Source: Escherichia coli (GTDB lineage Bacteria; Pseudomonadota; Gammaproteobacteria; Enterobacterales; Enterobacteriaceae). Taken from it: a DNA stretch of 64,000 bases. Positions 37,777 to 48,766 of the stretch are shown piece by piece. The notes below the pieces were generated by a model. It was not told where the DNA came from and searched no databases. It worked only from the letters and a program-made list of their open reading frames with translations. Numbering within the stretch: the stretch's first letter is position 1; every line of letters starts with the position of its first letter. The translations under genes were made by a program, and so were the position numbers. The stretch is from assembly GCF_024700885.2 (NCBI RefSeq), contig NZ_CP117016.1. The stretch is one strand, 5' to 3'.

Positions 37777-39824
37777 TGCGTGGCTCCTTGTACCTGTTCC
37801 TTGGCGGGCGTTAATGCCGGGGCTGTCCAGTCTGGCAAGCGGGCGAAAAGCTGGCAGACGTGTTGTTCCTGTTTTAATAAGGTGGGCAGGATGGCCTGCG
37901 AGGCGGGTGTCTCTTCAAGCGTTATTTGAGGAGAACGGCTGAGTGCGGTTGCCAGACCGGCAGCGTATTTCTCCAGTGCGTCGGCAAACTGACCTGCTCT
38001 GTCCGGCTGTAGTGCGTTATCCAGCGCCTGCGCCGAGTTCCAGGTTGCATCCCAGTCGTGAAGAATATCGCGGCCCTGACGAATAACCGTTTGCGAACGT
38101 TCAATCAGTAAAGCGCGTTCTTCGCTGTCCAGTTGACGCTCCAGCGCCACGCGTTGGCACATCTCTTCACAGGCATTAAACGCCGCATGCAGACCTATAC
38201 GAATTTGCAGATAAGTGCGCAGAGCCGTGACTTCCTGCTGACGTGGGATCCGCATTACTTTACTCAACATACCCAGCGCGCCAGCCAGTTTTTGCGGCAG
38301 TGTGCGCGCTTCACTTTCAGGCCAGACAAAGGTGTAAATCACCGCGGACACCACGGTACCAATGATGATACCCAGGGCGCGATCGCGAATTTCCACCAGG
38401 TCGTACACCGGGCCAAAAACGTTTTCGAGCGTGGCGAGCGCGAAGGTGACCACCATCTGTGTGCCGATATAAGAAGAGCGTTCAGAGCTGGTGGCAATCC
38501 ATGCGCCCAACAGAAAAATCGGTGCCAGCACAAATAGCAATTCGACAATATTGTCCAGCCAGGGCATGACCAGTAACGTGAATAACAGCGCCAGAATTGC
38601 ACCGCAGAAGGCACCGCCAAAACGCAGCGCCATTTTCTGATACGACGAACCAACATTCGGGTTAGCGACGATCACGCAGGTCAGCATACAGGTGTGAATG
38701 CCTTCCCAGTCCACGCCGCTGTAGAAGGTGTAACAGATCAAACAGGCGAGCAGCGTTTTTACCGCGTAGCGCATATAGTCTGGATTGGTAAAAGCGTCGG
38801 CGACCATTGATGGCGGTTTGGTGGCGGGCGTTGGCAGCGTATTCGGGTCCATCTGACCCAGTTGCAACAATGTCTGGCAGATATTCTCCAGGTTACATTC
38901 CCGTGCCGCCATCGCTTCACTTTCAGTGATCCGCCAGTCGCTTTGCCAGCACTGACCTTCGGCAATGGCATGCTGCAGTTTGTTGATTTCTGAGGCTAAT
39001 TTTTGCCGAAATTCAATAATTGCCTGAGAATCAGCAAAAGAGGTGGGATCGTAGCGATTCAGCGTCGAGTAAATGTAGGTTACCGTTGCCACGCAGCTTT
39101 GCCACCATGCGCTCTGAGTTCGCCAGTTGGCATCGTCCGCGAGGCAAAAGACATTGAGTTTTTGCAGCGCCAGCGCCTCTCTTTCAATCCGCTTTTCGGG
39201 TAGCGGTGTGAGGCTGTCCGTCAGGTGGCTAATGGCATCATCAAGCCGATCATTAAGCGCCTGATGCATCTGCGTGATAGCGCGGCTGGGAAACCACAGC
39301 ACGCCGATTAACGTCATCAATAACGTCGGGTAGAGGCCGACAACGATACACCACAGGGTTAAGCGCACGACCACTTCCGGATAGTCGAGCATGGCGGGGA
39401 AGGTTTGCCCGTAAATAGCGACAATGGCGACGGCGAAAAAGACCAGCCCCAACCGATGGGTGCGCATCAAAAACATACAGCCCATCAGGATCGGTCCGGC
39501 AATGATCAATCGGATCAACGGTTCGCCATATGACCATTTGTAGATCAAAAACAGGCTGGCGATCTCCAGCATCGTGGCGACCACAAACAAGATCGCGACA
39601 AATTTGGTGTAAAACGCGTTCGACTGAATACCGTAAAACAGCACTGCCAGTGATAACGCCACAAAAGGGATCTCAAAAGTCATCGAGATCAGAATCACCA
39701 GCAGGCAGCCTACCCAGAGTTGCATAGTCTGCGGCACGCGGCCTGGTCGCCGCTCGCTTAACTCTTCATGAAAGAACGCCAGCAGCCTGACCACCGGTAA
39801 TGGCAGGGAGTTGAGCGCGCTCAT
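37773..39824 (-). CDS. mdtO: Multidrug efflux membrane component (FUSC/AaeB-like)
   Basis: 683-aa polytopic ORF; 4-nt overlap with mdtP start. Confidence 0.9.
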   Translation of the reverse strand: MSALNSLPLPVVRLLAFFHEELSERRPGRVPQTMQLWVGCLLVILISMTFEIPFVALSLAVLFYGIQSNAFYTKFVAILFVVATMLEIASLFLIYKWSYGEPLIRLIIAGPILMGCMFLMRTHRLGLVFFAVAIVAIYGQTFPAMLDYPEVVVRLTLWCIVVGLYPTLLMTLIGVLWFPSRAITQMHQALNDRLDDAISHLTDSLTPLPEKRIEREALALQKLNVFCLADDANWRTQSAWWQSCVATVTYIYSTLNRYDPTSFADSQAIIEFRQKLASEINKLQHAIAEGQCWQSDWRITESEAMAARECNLENICQTLLQLGQMDPNTLPTPATKPPSMVADAFTNPDYMRYAVKTLLACLICYTFYSGVDWEGIHTCMLTCVIVANPNVGSSYQKMALRFGGAFCGAILALLFTLLVMPWLDNIVELLFVLAPIFLLGAWIATSSERSSYIGTQMVVTFALATLENVFGPVYDLVEIRDRALGIIIGTVVSAVIYTFVWPESEARTLPQKLAGALGMLSKVMRIPRQQEVTALRTYLQIRIGLHAAFNACEEMCQRVALERQLDSEERALLIERSQTVIRQGRDILHDWDATWNSAQALDNALQPDRAGQFADALEKYAAGLATALSRSPQITLEETPASQAILPTLLKQEQHVCQLFARLPDWTAPALTPAKEQVQGATQ

Positions 39825-40855
39825 TATTGCGGCTCAAGATTAGCGACTGCCGAAGCGCCGATGCGGAACATTTCCGGGTCAGGTTTTTCAACCATGATTT
39901 TGACCGGAAAACGCTGGGCAACGCGGACCCAGTTAATAGAACGAGACACTTTCGGCAGGCCGCCCAGCACCAGGCCGCCGTCATCCGGTAGCACGCCGTA
40001 GCCAATCGAATCCACTTTACCCTCGAAGGTTTTGCCGCTGTCGCTCATCAGGCGAATCGTTGCGGGTGTACCTGAGCGAATATTTTTCAGATCGGTTTCG
40101 CGGAAGTTGGCGATCACGTACCAGTGACGAGTGTCGATTAGGGTGAAAATAGGGCGCATGGCAGAAGCAAATTGCCCGACGGAGGTTTTGAGGGAAATGA
40201 CCCGGCCATCAAACGGCGCGCGAACGGTCGCCATTTCCAGATGCAGTTTGGTCAGGGCAATATCCGCTTCGACCGCCGCACGTTGGGCGACCAGCGCATC
40301 GACGCCGCTGACGGCGCTGGCGGCTGACTGCGCCTGTAACAATACGGCATTAAGATCTGCTTCTGCGGCGCGCTGCGCGGTCCTCGCACGGTCAACGTCT
40401 TCCGCTGAGACAAAACCTTCTTTTAGCAACGGCTCGGTACGGCGTAACGTATCGCTGGCCTGTTTAGCGGCGGCACGGGCTTTTTCTACCGTGGCGTTAA
40501 CCGAGTCGGCACCAAACTGTTGCGCGTCAACGCTACGCTGGGTGAGCATAATTTGCTTATCCAGCGCCGCGAGGGAGGCTTCGGCTTTCGCCAGATTGGC
40601 TTCGTACGGGCGCGGGTCGATGCGGAACAGCAAATCGCCCTGTTTCACCGCTTGGTTGTCGGTGACCGCCAGTTCTACAATGCGACCGCTGACTTCCGGC
40701 ACCACATCAATGGTATCTGCTGACGCGTAGGCGTCATTAGTTGATGGCGCACTGTCTACGCGCCAGATAACGAAAACAAGGGCAACCAGCGCCAACGCAA
40801 CCACTAACAGAGCAGGGAATTTACTGCGAGGAGCTTTTTTCGGCGTACTTTCCAT
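39824..40855 (-). CDS. mdtN: Membrane fusion protein of the MdtNOP efflux system
   Basis: 343-aa ORF with N-terminal anchor and coiled coil; 1-nt overlap with mdtO. Confidence 0.9.
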   Translation of the reverse strand: MESTPKKAPRSKFPALLVVALALVALVFVIWRVDSAPSTNDAYASADTIDVVPEVSGRIVELAVTDNQAVKQGDLLFRIDPRPYEANLAKAEASLAALDKQIMLTQRSVDAQQFGADSVNATVEKARAAAKQASDTLRRTEPLLKEGFVSAEDVDRARTAQRAAEADLNAVLLQAQSAASAVSGVDALVAQRAAVEADIALTKLHLEMATVRAPFDGRVISLKTSVGQFASAMRPIFTLIDTRHWYVIANFRETDLKNIRSGTPATIRLMSDSGKTFEGKVDSIGYGVLPDDGGLVLGGLPKVSRSINWVRVAQRFPVKIMVEKPDPEMFRIGASAVANLEPQ

Positions 40856-40873
40856 GAGCGCGTCTCAAATAGA

Positions 40874-41149
40874 TTAGAAAAATGCCAGCCAGAACAGCAT
40901 GGCGTAGAGAGCAAAAAGGGCGGTATAAATAATTCCGACAAATGCCAGATTGATATTTGTCCGCTGAATGATTCGCCTCGTGATGAGCGTCAAAATAAGG
41001 CTGGCAATGGCGCAGAAAAACCAGCTGGGATAATAAGCGCCGATCACCGGGATTGCCGGAGATAATGAGCATCCCGAAACCATGAAGACGGGAATTATCC
41101 AGGCTGTTTTTTTGAGTTGCATCGCCATGCGAGAGAGAACTGTTGGCAT
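40874..41149 (-). CDS. ytcA: Small lipoprotein YtcA
   Basis: ORF track 40874..41197; trimmed to MPTVLSRMAMQLKK giving 91 aa; lipobox VSGC. Confidence 0.75.
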   Translation of the reverse strand: MPTVLSRMAMQLKKTAWIIPVFMVSGCSLSPAIPVIGAYYPSWFFCAIASLILTLITRRIIQRTNINLAFVGIIYTALFALYAMLFWLAFF

Positions 41150-41309
41150 ATTAAATACATCCTGTCTGCTGCGAACAATATCTGTAGTGAATATCAATAT
41201 CCATTGAAGGCGTCAGTATGGCTATTTTCTCGATGAATAAAAATAGCTTTATTCAGCCACCGCATTCATAACTTATATATTTTATGTATTAATTTGTTGT
41301 ATGTATTTT

Positions 41310-41348
41310 TAAAATAAATGCTTTTGGGGGCTTAAGCGCCCCCAAAAG
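41310..41348 (-). terminator. Intrinsic terminator downstream of yjcS
   Basis: Perfect 11-bp stem cttttgggggc/gcccccaaaag; the T-run is on the minus strand. Confidence 0.6.
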
Positions 41349-41357
41349 TGAGTGGCA

Positions 41358-43343
41358 TTAATTTGGGGTTACGATATTCACCCACAAATCGAAATTATCC
41401 AGACAGGCGATAATTTCTTCCAGTTTCGCGCCATTGCCAATAATTTTGGCTTTCTTCGCTTTTACCAGATCCGCCATTTTGGCTTGTCCGGTCAGCACGG
41501 CATGCAGATCTTCACGGCTGATGTAGAAAGAGGCGTCGGCTTGCGGTTGCAGCGTTTTACGGTAGTTAAGCACGCTATCGTTCAGCGTCAGGTTGAGGTT
41601 ATCGCCGTTGCTCATATTGAAGTTCAGGCTGATATTTTTACCTGCGGCTTTCGCACTATCGAGGCGAACGGACATAAAGTCGAATAGCATTTCGACCGAC
41701 ATTCCGCGAATGGTGTCCGGGGAACCGGTGGTGCCGTGGCTGAATTTATGCACCCCTTCGCGCAGCTCTTTCGCGCCGGTCAGGTAGAAACCGCGCCAGG
41801 TGGCGGACTCGGCCTGATAGCCCAGCTGTTCAAAGTTATCCGCTTGCAGATTCTTCGCGACCTGGTCACCTGGGTTGGCGGCAATCACCTGTTTCAGCAG
41901 TTCTGCCGACCAGCGGTAATCACCTTGCTTGTTCGCTTCTTGCGCCAGGTTAATAACGCGGGCAGAACCGCCCAGAGCCTGCACGTAACGTTTACCCATC
42001 TCCACCTGACCATACGGATGCAGGTTAGCCGGGTTACCGTCGTAATAGCCAAGATAGAAGTTATACACCGCGCGGGCGTTGTGGCTGACAGAACCGTAAT
42101 AGCCGCGGCTGGCCCAGTTATTGGCAAGTGCAGGCGGCAGCTTAATCATGTCGCCGATTTCATTCATGGTGTAGCCCTGGTTCGCCAGGTGCAGGGTCTG
42201 GTCGTGAATGTACTTGATGGTATCGCGATATTTACCAATATAATCATTGATATGCTTATTGCCCCAGACCGGCCAGGTGTGCGGCATAAACAGTACTTCC
42301 GCGTCGTTACCCCACATATCCAGCGTTTCGTTCAGGTACTCGGTCCACTTGCTGGTGTCGCGGGTTTTCGCGCCGCGCAGAGTGTAGAAGTTGTGCAGGG
42401 TATGCGTGGCGTTCTCGGCGGTACACAGGGCTTTCAGGGCCGGAATATAGAAGTGCATTTCGGCTGGTGCTTCGCTACCTGGGGTCATCAGGAAGTCAAA
42501 CTCCAGGCCGTCGATAATCATCTTCTCGCCAGTTCTGACAATAGTTTTAGTCGGTGCAATAATGCTCGGGTCGCCGGTTGCCAGCGTCACGCCAAGGCCA
42601 TTACCCACGTTGCCTTGCGCGTTGTGCGGCAGTAACAGACCGTAAGAGTAGAGCGCACGGCGGCTCATGATGTTACCCGCCAGCACGTTTTCGCTGATGG
42701 CTTCGTCCATAAAGCCTGCCGGAGCGATCACCTGCACTTTGCCGGATTTAACATCCGTTTCAGAGATAATGCCTTTCACACCGCCATAATGGTCGGCGTG
42801 GCTGTGGGTGTAAATAACAGCAACAATCGGTTTTTGCGGACGATGCTGGAAGTAAAGGTCAAGTGCGGCTTTTGCGGCAGGCGGCGTCACCAGTGGGTCG
42901 ATAACAATAATGCCTTTCTCGCCTTCTACAAATGTAACGTTAGAGATATCCTGGCCGCGCACCTGATACATTTTATCGGTGACTTTGAACAGGCCAGAAA
43001 TGCCGTTGATCTGCGACTGACGCCACAGGCTGGGGTTTACGGTTTCCGGCGCAGCGGCATTAATATCAAATTTGTAATCATTCGCGCGGTAGTAAACTTT
43101 GCCGTTAGCATCACGCAGAATACCTTCATCCAGCAGCGGGGCGATAAATCCACGCTGGGCATCGTCAAAATCTTGACGATCGCTAAACGGTAATGATTTG
43201 GCGTAATTCTGATTAATCTGTTGGGTATATTGAGTGGCGGCTTTCGCTTCATCTGTTGCGTAAGCGGTATTTACCATCATGCCGCTGGCGGCAGTTAACG
43301 CAATAACAATCCTGCTCAAACGGAATAACCGAGAGTTATTCAT
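41358..43343 (-). CDS. yjcS: Alkyl/aryl sulfatase (metallo-beta-lactamase fold, periplasmic)
   Basis: ORF track 41358..43355; trimmed to [21 protein letters not shown] giving 661 aa; HxHxDH motif ([10 protein letters not shown]). Confidence 0.9.
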   Translation of the reverse strand: MNNSRLFRLSRIVIALTAASGMMVNTAYATDEAKAATQYTQQINQNYAKSLPFSDRQDFDDAQRGFIAPLLDEGILRDANGKVYYRANDYKFDINAAAPETVNPSLWRQSQINGISGLFKVTDKMYQVRGQDISNVTFVEGEKGIIVIDPLVTPPAAKAALDLYFQHRPQKPIVAVIYTHSHADHYGGVKGIISETDVKSGKVQVIAPAGFMDEAISENVLAGNIMSRRALYSYGLLLPHNAQGNVGNGLGVTLATGDPSIIAPTKTIVRTGEKMIIDGLEFDFLMTPGSEAPAEMHFYIPALKALCTAENATHTLHNFYTLRGAKTRDTSKWTEYLNETLDMWGNDAEVLFMPHTWPVWGNKHINDYIGKYRDTIKYIHDQTLHLANQGYTMNEIGDMIKLPPALANNWASRGYYGSVSHNARAVYNFYLGYYDGNPANLHPYGQVEMGKRYVQALGGSARVINLAQEANKQGDYRWSAELLKQVIAANPGDQVAKNLQADNFEQLGYQAESATWRGFYLTGAKELREGVHKFSHGTTGSPDTIRGMSVEMLFDFMSVRLDSAKAAGKNISLNFNMSNGDNLNLTLNDSVLNYRKTLQPQADASFYISREDLHAVLTGQAKMADLVKAKKAKIIGNGAKLEEIIACLDNFDLWVNIVTPN

Positions 43344-43595
43344 ATAAATCTCCATTTATCATTTGTGTCGTAAATATGTAATCCATGCAAAATACGTCAT
43401 TTAAAGCTGGCGTTATCATAATTGGGAAATTGCGACTTTAATAAGTGGAAGTGTGAGCGGAACGAGCCATTTTATTAGGCATTTGTGCTGAAGAGGGAAA
43501 AGCACGCGAATTTATTATCTCCGTAAATAATATGAGGTGTTTTATATATTTATTATATATATTGTACTTCGGCAAATACTGAGCACAATTTATCA

Positions 43596-43913
43596 ATGCA
43601 ACCGATGTTTCTTTTTAAAAAACGTACCGGAGCAATGGGCGGTCATGTCGCTGGCACCGCAGGATTCTGCGTTGCTGTGCCAGCCTTTTATTCATGGTCA
43701 ATGAGTGAGGGGATTGATAAAGAAACCAGGTCGTCAGAGCGCACTGATTATCCGCATTACGCCAGTGAAGTTGCACTGGCTTTTGGTTCACGAGTGGTTG
43801 GCCTCGAACTGGCAAAAATGATTGTGGATGCGTGGCTGGGCGCGCAGTACGAAGGCGGTCGTCATCAACAACGCGTTGAGGCGATTACGGCAATAGAGCA
43901 GCGGAAAAATTGA
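43596..43913 (+). CDS. Hypothetical 105-aa ORF at the site where the K-12 als/rpiR/rpiB island is absent
   Basis: ATG-initiated ORF with E. coli-like codon usage but no obvious Shine-Dalgarno; not recognised by me. Confidence 0.3.
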   Translation: MQPMFLFKKRTGAMGGHVAGTAGFCVAVPAFYSWSMSEGIDKETRSSERTDYPHYASEVALAFGSRVVGLELAKMIVDAWLGAQYEGGRHQQRVEAITAIEQRKN

Positions 43914-43981
43914 GATTCATCCACTACTTGAATGGATGAGTAATGACTAATGTGGATAGAGTTTCTTTTTGAGGTTGGCTA

Positions 43982-44311
43982 ATGAAACGTTTTCCGCTAT
44001 TTCTTTTATTCACCCTGCTCACGCTGTCCACCGTTCCGGCCCAGGCCGATATTATCGACGACACCATTGGCAATATTCAGCAGGCGATTAACGATGCTTA
44101 TAACCCTGACCGTGGGCGAGACTATGAAGATTCGCGCGACGACGGCTGGCAGCGTGAAGTGAACGACGATCGGCGCAGACAATATGACGATCGCCGCCGC
44201 CAGTTTGAAGATCGCCGCAGGCAGCTGGACGATCGCCAGCGCCAGCTGGATCAGGAGCGTCGGCAGCTAGAAGATGAAGAGCGGAGAATGGAAGATGAGT
44301 ATGGGCGGTGA
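43982..44311 (+). CDS. yjdP: Secreted low-complexity Asp/Arg/Gln/Glu-rich protein
   Basis: 109-aa ORF MKRFPLFLLFTLLTLSTVPAQA (signal peptide) followed by DDRRRQ(Y/F/L)(D/E)D repeats; matches YjdP. Confidence 0.8.
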   Translation: MKRFPLFLLFTLLTLSTVPAQADIIDDTIGNIQQAINDAYNPDRGRDYEDSRDDGWQREVNDDRRRQYDDRRRQFEDRRRQLDDRQRQLDQERRQLEDEERRMEDEYGR

Positions 44312-44345
44312 TGTTGAGTTTAGAGCAGGCATCGCCCCTCACCCA

Positions 44346-45104
44346 TCACTCCACCCCAATCTCCATCCCATCAAACCCCGCCTCAAACCCTGACGGCAGT
44401 GTGTTCTCCATCAGCCACGCATCAAACTGATGGCTGATATGTGTCAGAACCACGCGCGGCGAGCGGATAACTTCATTCAGCGCCAGCACGGTGTTTAAAT
44501 CACAGTGATTACGCGGTGCATCCTCGCGCGGTGGGTGGCTGCAATCAATCACCATCACCTGCGGCTGATTATTGCGTAAAAATTTCAGCGTTTTTTCCGG
44601 CAGGCCTGCGGTGTCAGACAGCCACGCCACCCGGCTATGTGCCGTTTCCAGTAGATAGCCGAAAGTGAGTTTCGAATGGTTGAGCGGCAGCGGCGTGACC
44701 TGTAATCCCTGCAAATCAAACATCACAAATGGCTCCACCGTGTGGCTGAAATCAAGCAGGCCCGGATGTTTAAACAGATCGTCGCAGCCCTGTTCATCCG
44801 GCGGGCCGTAGACCGGGATCGAATCGCCCACGCCCCAGCGCAGCGGAAACAGCCCCTGCACGTGATCCATATGGTAGTGCGTCAGCAAAAACTGCTGGAA
44901 CGATCCGGGCGACCAGCGATCGGCGAGATCGTGCAGCCCGGCGTCGATCAGGGTGATCGCGTCGTTAAACTTCACGACGCCGCTGCATGGCTGGCGGCGA
45001 TACTGCGGTGAGCGCCGCGCTCTGACGCAGGCCACGCACTCACAGCCCCATGCGGGAACGCCCTGTGCGCCGCCAGTGCCGGTGAGCGTGAGGGTCAGGC
45101 TCAT
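44346..45104 (-). CDS. phnP: Phosphoribosyl 1,2-cyclic phosphate phosphodiesterase
   Basis: 252-aa ORF with metallo-beta-lactamase HxHxDH motif ([10 protein letters not shown]). Confidence 0.93.
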   Translation of the reverse strand: MSLTLTLTGTGGAQGVPAWGCECVACVRARRSPQYRRQPCSGVVKFNDAITLIDAGLHDLADRWSPGSFQQFLLTHYHMDHVQGLFPLRWGVGDSIPVYGPPDEQGCDDLFKHPGLLDFSHTVEPFVMFDLQGLQVTPLPLNHSKLTFGYLLETAHSRVAWLSDTAGLPEKTLKFLRNNQPQVMVIDCSHPPREDAPRNHCDLNTVLALNEVIRSPRVVLTHISHQFDAWLMENTLPSGFEAGFDGMEIGVE

Positions 45105-45105
45105 G

Positions 45106-45540
45106 TTACAGCGCCTTGGTGAAGCGGAAATGGCTCTGCTCGTAGCCTTCGCGCAGATAGAAACGGTGCGCGTCGTGGCGCTTCACGTTGGTGGAAAGCT
45201 CGGTCATTTCGGCCCCGGCCTGGCGGGCTTCTTCTTCTGCCCATGCCAGTAATTTACTGCCGATGTTCAGACCGCGCGCCTGCGGCATCACCACCAGTTC
45301 CTGAATTTCGCCGATCCAGTTGACATGATGCAGATGAAACTGCAAATGCAGGCCGATCATGCCGACAACTTCGCTATCCAGCAACGCCAGATGGTAGCGC
45401 ATGTTCGGATCGCGCAGATTGGCGTTAAACCCCACGCGAAACGCATGGTGGTCAAACTCCGCCTGTTTTAGCTCACAAATCAGCGCGTAAACTGCGTCGG
45501 TGTCGTACTGCGTAGCCGGGCGAAGCTCACAAGCAGGCAT
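45106..45540 (-). CDS. phnO: Aminoalkylphosphonate N-acetyltransferase (GNAT)
   Basis: 144-aa ORF; position and length match PhnO. Confidence 0.92.
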   Translation of the reverse strand: MPACELRPATQYDTDAVYALICELKQAEFDHHAFRVGFNANLRDPNMRYHLALLDSEVVGMIGLHLQFHLHHVNWIGEIQELVVMPQARGLNIGSKLLAWAEEEARQAGAEMTELSTNVKRHDAHRFYLREGYEQSHFRFTKAL

Positions 45541-46084
45541 GGTGTTTCTCCTTCTGATGAATCAGCGTCAGCAGCTTGTCGACCGACTGGCGCAGGCTGC
45601 CGTCATTATTGAGCGTAAGACAATCCTGAGGAGTATAGCGGGCAGCGCGTGCCAGTCGGGCGTTAATTTCACTGGCATTTTCACGACCACGGTTTTCCAG
45701 GCGCTGGCGCAGGATCTCCGGCGAAACCTGTAAACAAACGGGCAGCAGCGCCGATTGATAGCGCGCCCGCGCCTGCGGCAGATGGGCGCGTGAGCCGTTG
45801 ACCACCACGTCAAATCCAGCGTGCAGCCAGAGGTCAATCTCGACGCCGATGCCATAATACAGGCCGTTGGCGTGCCAGCTTAAGGCCAGAAGGTTCTGCC
45901 CCGCGCGGGTAAAAAACTCCTGCTCGCTCAGGGCGATATGGTTTTCACTTCCGGCGCTGGCGTCGCGCGTGATGTAGCGATGCGCTACCAGTAGCTGAGT
46001 TTGTTCCCGCTGGCGGAGTTCCGTCAACAGACTGTCTTTTCCGGAGCCAGAGGCCCCCATTAACCAAATCAGTTTTCCCGTCAT
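45527..46084 (-). CDS. phnN: Ribose 1,5-bisphosphate phosphokinase
   Basis: 185-aa ORF with P-loop GASGSGKDS. Confidence 0.92.
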   Translation of the reverse strand: MTGKLIWLMGASGSGKDSLLTELRQREQTQLLVAHRYITRDASAGSENHIALSEQEFFTRAGQNLLALSWHANGLYYGIGVEIDLWLHAGFDVVVNGSRAHLPQARARYQSALLPVCLQVSPEILRQRLENRGRENASEINARLARAARYTPQDCLTLNNDGSLRQSVDKLLTLIHQKEKHHACL

Positions 46085-47220
46085 CAGAACACCCTTTTAC
46101 CCTGACGCCAGACGTGGTCGATATGAATGTGGTTGCCCTTGCGATGCGCCAGCACCAGGTCGGCGCGTTTGCCCTCGCCAATCACCCCGCGATCCTGAAG
46201 ATTAAGCGCCTGCGCCGGATTTTTAGTCACCAGCTTCACCGCCTGCGGCAGCGTAAAGCGGTTGCTCTCGTCATCGGCGACGCGAAATGCCGCATCGAGC
46301 AGGCTGGCGGGGTAGTAGTCGGAAGAAAGGATATCCAGCAGGCCAAGCTGCGCCAGTTCACTGGCCGCCACGTTACCGGAGTGCGAACCGCCGCGCACGA
46401 TATTCGGCGCGCCCATCAGCACGTTCATGCCATGCTTGCGCGAGGCTTGTGCCGCTTCGAACGTGGTGGGAAATTCGGCGATCACGCTGCCAAGCTGGTG
46501 GGATTCGGCAACGTGGGCGTGCGTGGCGTCATCGTGGCTGGCGAGGGCAATGTGTCGCGCGCGGCACATTGCGGCGATGGTTTCGCGATTAGGTTGTGAC
46601 CAGCGTGCGGCGAGCGCCAATTGCTCTTCTTCGTACTGCTGCATCTGCGCATCGGTGAGGGAATATTTGCCCTGATAATATTCGCGATACTTCTCGCGAT
46701 TGGCGAACTGGCGCTGGCCCGGCGAGTGGTCCATCAGCGATACCAGCGTCACCGGTTCGCGCTGCACCAGTTTTTCAAACAGCGGCAACGTGGTGTGGTG
46801 CGGCAGTTCGCAGCGCAGATGCAGACGGTGCTCGGCGCGGTTGACGCCGCGTTTCTGCGTCTCTTCGATGGCGTTGATCATCTTCTCAAGATTCTCCAGC
46901 CGATCGCCGCCGTCGCGCACATCACCAATCGCCACGGCATCCAGTACGGTGGTGATGCCGCTCGCCACCATCAGCGCGTCGTGGCTGCTCATCGCCGAGT
47001 GGGCAGGCCAGTCAACTTTCGGGCGCGGGGTGAAGAATTTATCCAGATTATCGGTATGCAGCTCAATCAGCCCCGGTAGCAGCCAGCCGCCTTCGCCGTC
47101 CATCGCCTCCGGCAGGCGGCTCTGGCTTTCGGCAAAGGCGCGAATTTCGCCATCCTGCACCTCCAGTGAACCGTGTACCACTTCGTTTTCCAGCACCAGT
47201 TTGACGTTATTGATAATCAT
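46084..47220 (-). CDS. phnM: C-P lyase pathway triphosphate diphosphohydrolase (amidohydrolase fold)
   Basis: 378-aa ORF; position and length match PhnM. Confidence 0.92.
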   Translation of the reverse strand: MIINNVKLVLENEVVHGSLEVQDGEIRAFAESQSRLPEAMDGEGGWLLPGLIELHTDNLDKFFTPRPKVDWPAHSAMSSHDALMVASGITTVLDAVAIGDVRDGGDRLENLEKMINAIEETQKRGVNRAEHRLHLRCELPHHTTLPLFEKLVQREPVTLVSLMDHSPGQRQFANREKYREYYQGKYSLTDAQMQQYEEEQLALAARWSQPNRETIAAMCRARHIALASHDDATHAHVAESHQLGSVIAEFPTTFEAAQASRKHGMNVLMGAPNIVRGGSHSGNVAASELAQLGLLDILSSDYYPASLLDAAFRVADDESNRFTLPQAVKLVTKNPAQALNLQDRGVIGEGKRADLVLAHRKGNHIHIDHVWRQGKRVF

Positions 47221-47897
47221 GAAGAGGCTCCCATCGGGTGCAGGCGGTCGGCGACGTCATTGCGTACGGCTTCGTCATGGAAGATACCGACGATGGCTGC
47301 GCCACGGGCTTTGGCTTCGCGAATGAGTTCCACCACCGCGGCGCTGTTTTTAGCGTCCAGCGAGGCGGTGGGTTCATCCAGCAGCAGAATGGGGTAGTCG
47401 ACGATAAAGCCACGGGCGATGTTGACGCGCTGCTGTTCGCCGCCGGAGAAGGTCGATGGTGCCAGGTGCCACAGGCGTTCAGGCACGTTCAGGCGCGTCA
47501 GTAATCGGGCGGCTTTAGCGGCGCAGGCTTCACGCGGTACGCCGGTATCGAGCAGAGGCTGCATCACCACTTCCAGTGCCGAAATACGCGGGATGACGCG
47601 CAGAAACTGGCTCACCCAGCCGATGGTGGTTTTGCGGATCTCCACCACTTTGCGGGCTGGCGCGGTGACCAGGTCTACCCATTCCTCACCGTGTTTGATC
47701 TGGATTTGCCCTTCGTCGGGCAGATAGTTGGCGTACAGCGAGCGCAGCAGGGTTGATTTTCCGCTGCCGGAGTGGCCGTGAAGCACCACGCATTCGCCTG
47801 CGTTGACGGTGAGCGAGGCACGTTGTAAGACGTGCAGGCGCACGCCGTTTTGCTGGTGCAGGATGAAGGTTTTACTGACGTTTTGTACGTTAATCAT
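47217..47897 (-). CDS. phnL: C-P lyase ATP-binding subunit PhnL
   Basis: ORF track 47217..48011; trimmed to [15 protein letters not shown] giving 226 aa; Walker [10 protein letters not shown]. Confidence 0.9.
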   Translation of the reverse strand: MINVQNVSKTFILHQQNGVRLHVLQRASLTVNAGECVVLHGHSGSGKSTLLRSLYANYLPDEGQIQIKHGEEWVDLVTAPARKVVEIRKTTIGWVSQFLRVIPRISALEVVMQPLLDTGVPREACAAKAARLLTRLNVPERLWHLAPSTFSGGEQQRVNIARGFIVDYPILLLDEPTASLDAKNSAAVVELIREAKARGAAIVGIFHDEAVRNDVADRLHPMGASS

Positions 47898-47917
47898 TTT
47901 TCGCCTCGTGGTTCGGG

Positions 47918-48003
47918 TGTCGGATGCGACGCTGACGCGTCTTATCCGACCTACGGGGAGCGCCTTTGTCGGCCGGATAAGGCGTTTACGCCGTATCCGG
48001 CAC
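47918..48003. repeat. Pair of REP elements between phnK and phnL
   Basis: gtcggatgcgacgctgacgcgtcttatccgac and gtcggccggataaggcgtttacgccgtatccggcac, inverted relative to each other. Confidence 0.6.
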
Positions 48004-48007
48004 TGGC

Positions 48008-48766
48008 TCAATTCTGCAAAACCGATGACACCAGCAACTGGGTGTACGGGTGGTGCGGGTCGTCGAGCACGCGGTCGGTTAACCCACTCTCCACCACTTG
48101 CCCCTGTTTCATCACCAGCAAACGGTCCGCCAGCAGGCGGGCGACGCCTAAATCATGGGTGACAATCACCACCGCCAGATTCAGCTCCACCACCAGGCCG
48201 CGCAGCAGGTCGAGCAGGCGCGCCTGCACCGATACATCCAGCCCGCCGGTTGGCTCGTCCATGAACACCAGCTTCGGATGCGTCACCAGGTTGCGGGCAA
48301 TCTGCAAACGTTGCTGCATACCGCCGGAAAAAGTGGTCGGCAGGTCGTCGATCCGGTTGGCGGGAATTTCCACCTCTTCCAGCCACTTCTGCGCGGTGGC
48401 GCGGATGTCGCCGTAATGACGCGCCCCGGTCGCCATCAGCCGCTCGCCGATATTGCCGCCTGCCGACACCTGGCGGCGCAGGCCGTCGAGCGGATGCTGA
48501 TGTACCACGCCCCATTCGGTGCGCAGCAGGCGACGGCGGTCGGCCTCGCTCATCGCATACAACGAACGATTCTCGTAGCGAATCTCCCCCTGCTGCGGCG
48601 TCAGGCGCGCGGAGATTGATTTCAGCAGCGTGGTCTTCCCGGAGCCGGATTCCCCGACGATGCCCAGCACTTCCCCCGGCCATAAATCAAAAGAGACATC
48701 GCTAAAGCCTTTGCCCGGCGCGTAAAGGTGGGTCAGGTTATTGACCGAAAGTAACGGTTGATTCAT
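48008..48766 (-). CDS. phnK: C-P lyase ATP-binding subunit PhnK
   Basis: ORF track 48008..48796; trimmed to [15 protein letters not shown] giving 252 aa; Walker [10 protein letters not shown]. Confidence 0.92.
   Translation of the reverse strand: MNQPLLSVNNLTHLYAPGKGFSDVSFDLWPGEVLGIVGESGSGKTTLLKSISARLTPQQGEIRYENRSLYAMSEADRRRLLRTEWGVVHQHPLDGLRRQVSAGGNIGERLMATGARHYGDIRATAQKWLEEVEIPANRIDDLPTTFSGGMQQRLQIARNLVTHPKLVFMDEPTGGLDVSVQARLLDLLRGLVVELNLAVVIVTHDLGVARLLADRLLVMKQGQVVESGLTDRVLDDPHHPYTQLLVSSVLQN

Noticed and set aside
41736-42635. 299-aa plus-strand ORF antisense to yjcS
   Set aside because: Shadow ORF within the sulfatase gene; no start context.
43344-43981. IS element or transposon scar at the als-island junction
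   Set aside because: I found no terminal inverted repeats, transposase fragment or obvious target-site duplication by eye; it needs alignment to confirm.
47898-48007. Possible CRISPR-like repeats (recurring gccggatgcg / cttatccg motifs here and at 4132, 22682, 33144, 53241, 55802, 61515)
   Set aside because: They are imperfect palindromic REP/BIME units in intergenic 3' regions, without regular repeat-spacer periodicity, leader or cas genes.
47898-48011. 38-codon N-terminal extension of phnL running through the REP pair
   Set aside because: It reads through REP palindromes; the ATG at 47897 gives the expected 226-aa ABC ATPase with Walker A near the N-terminus.
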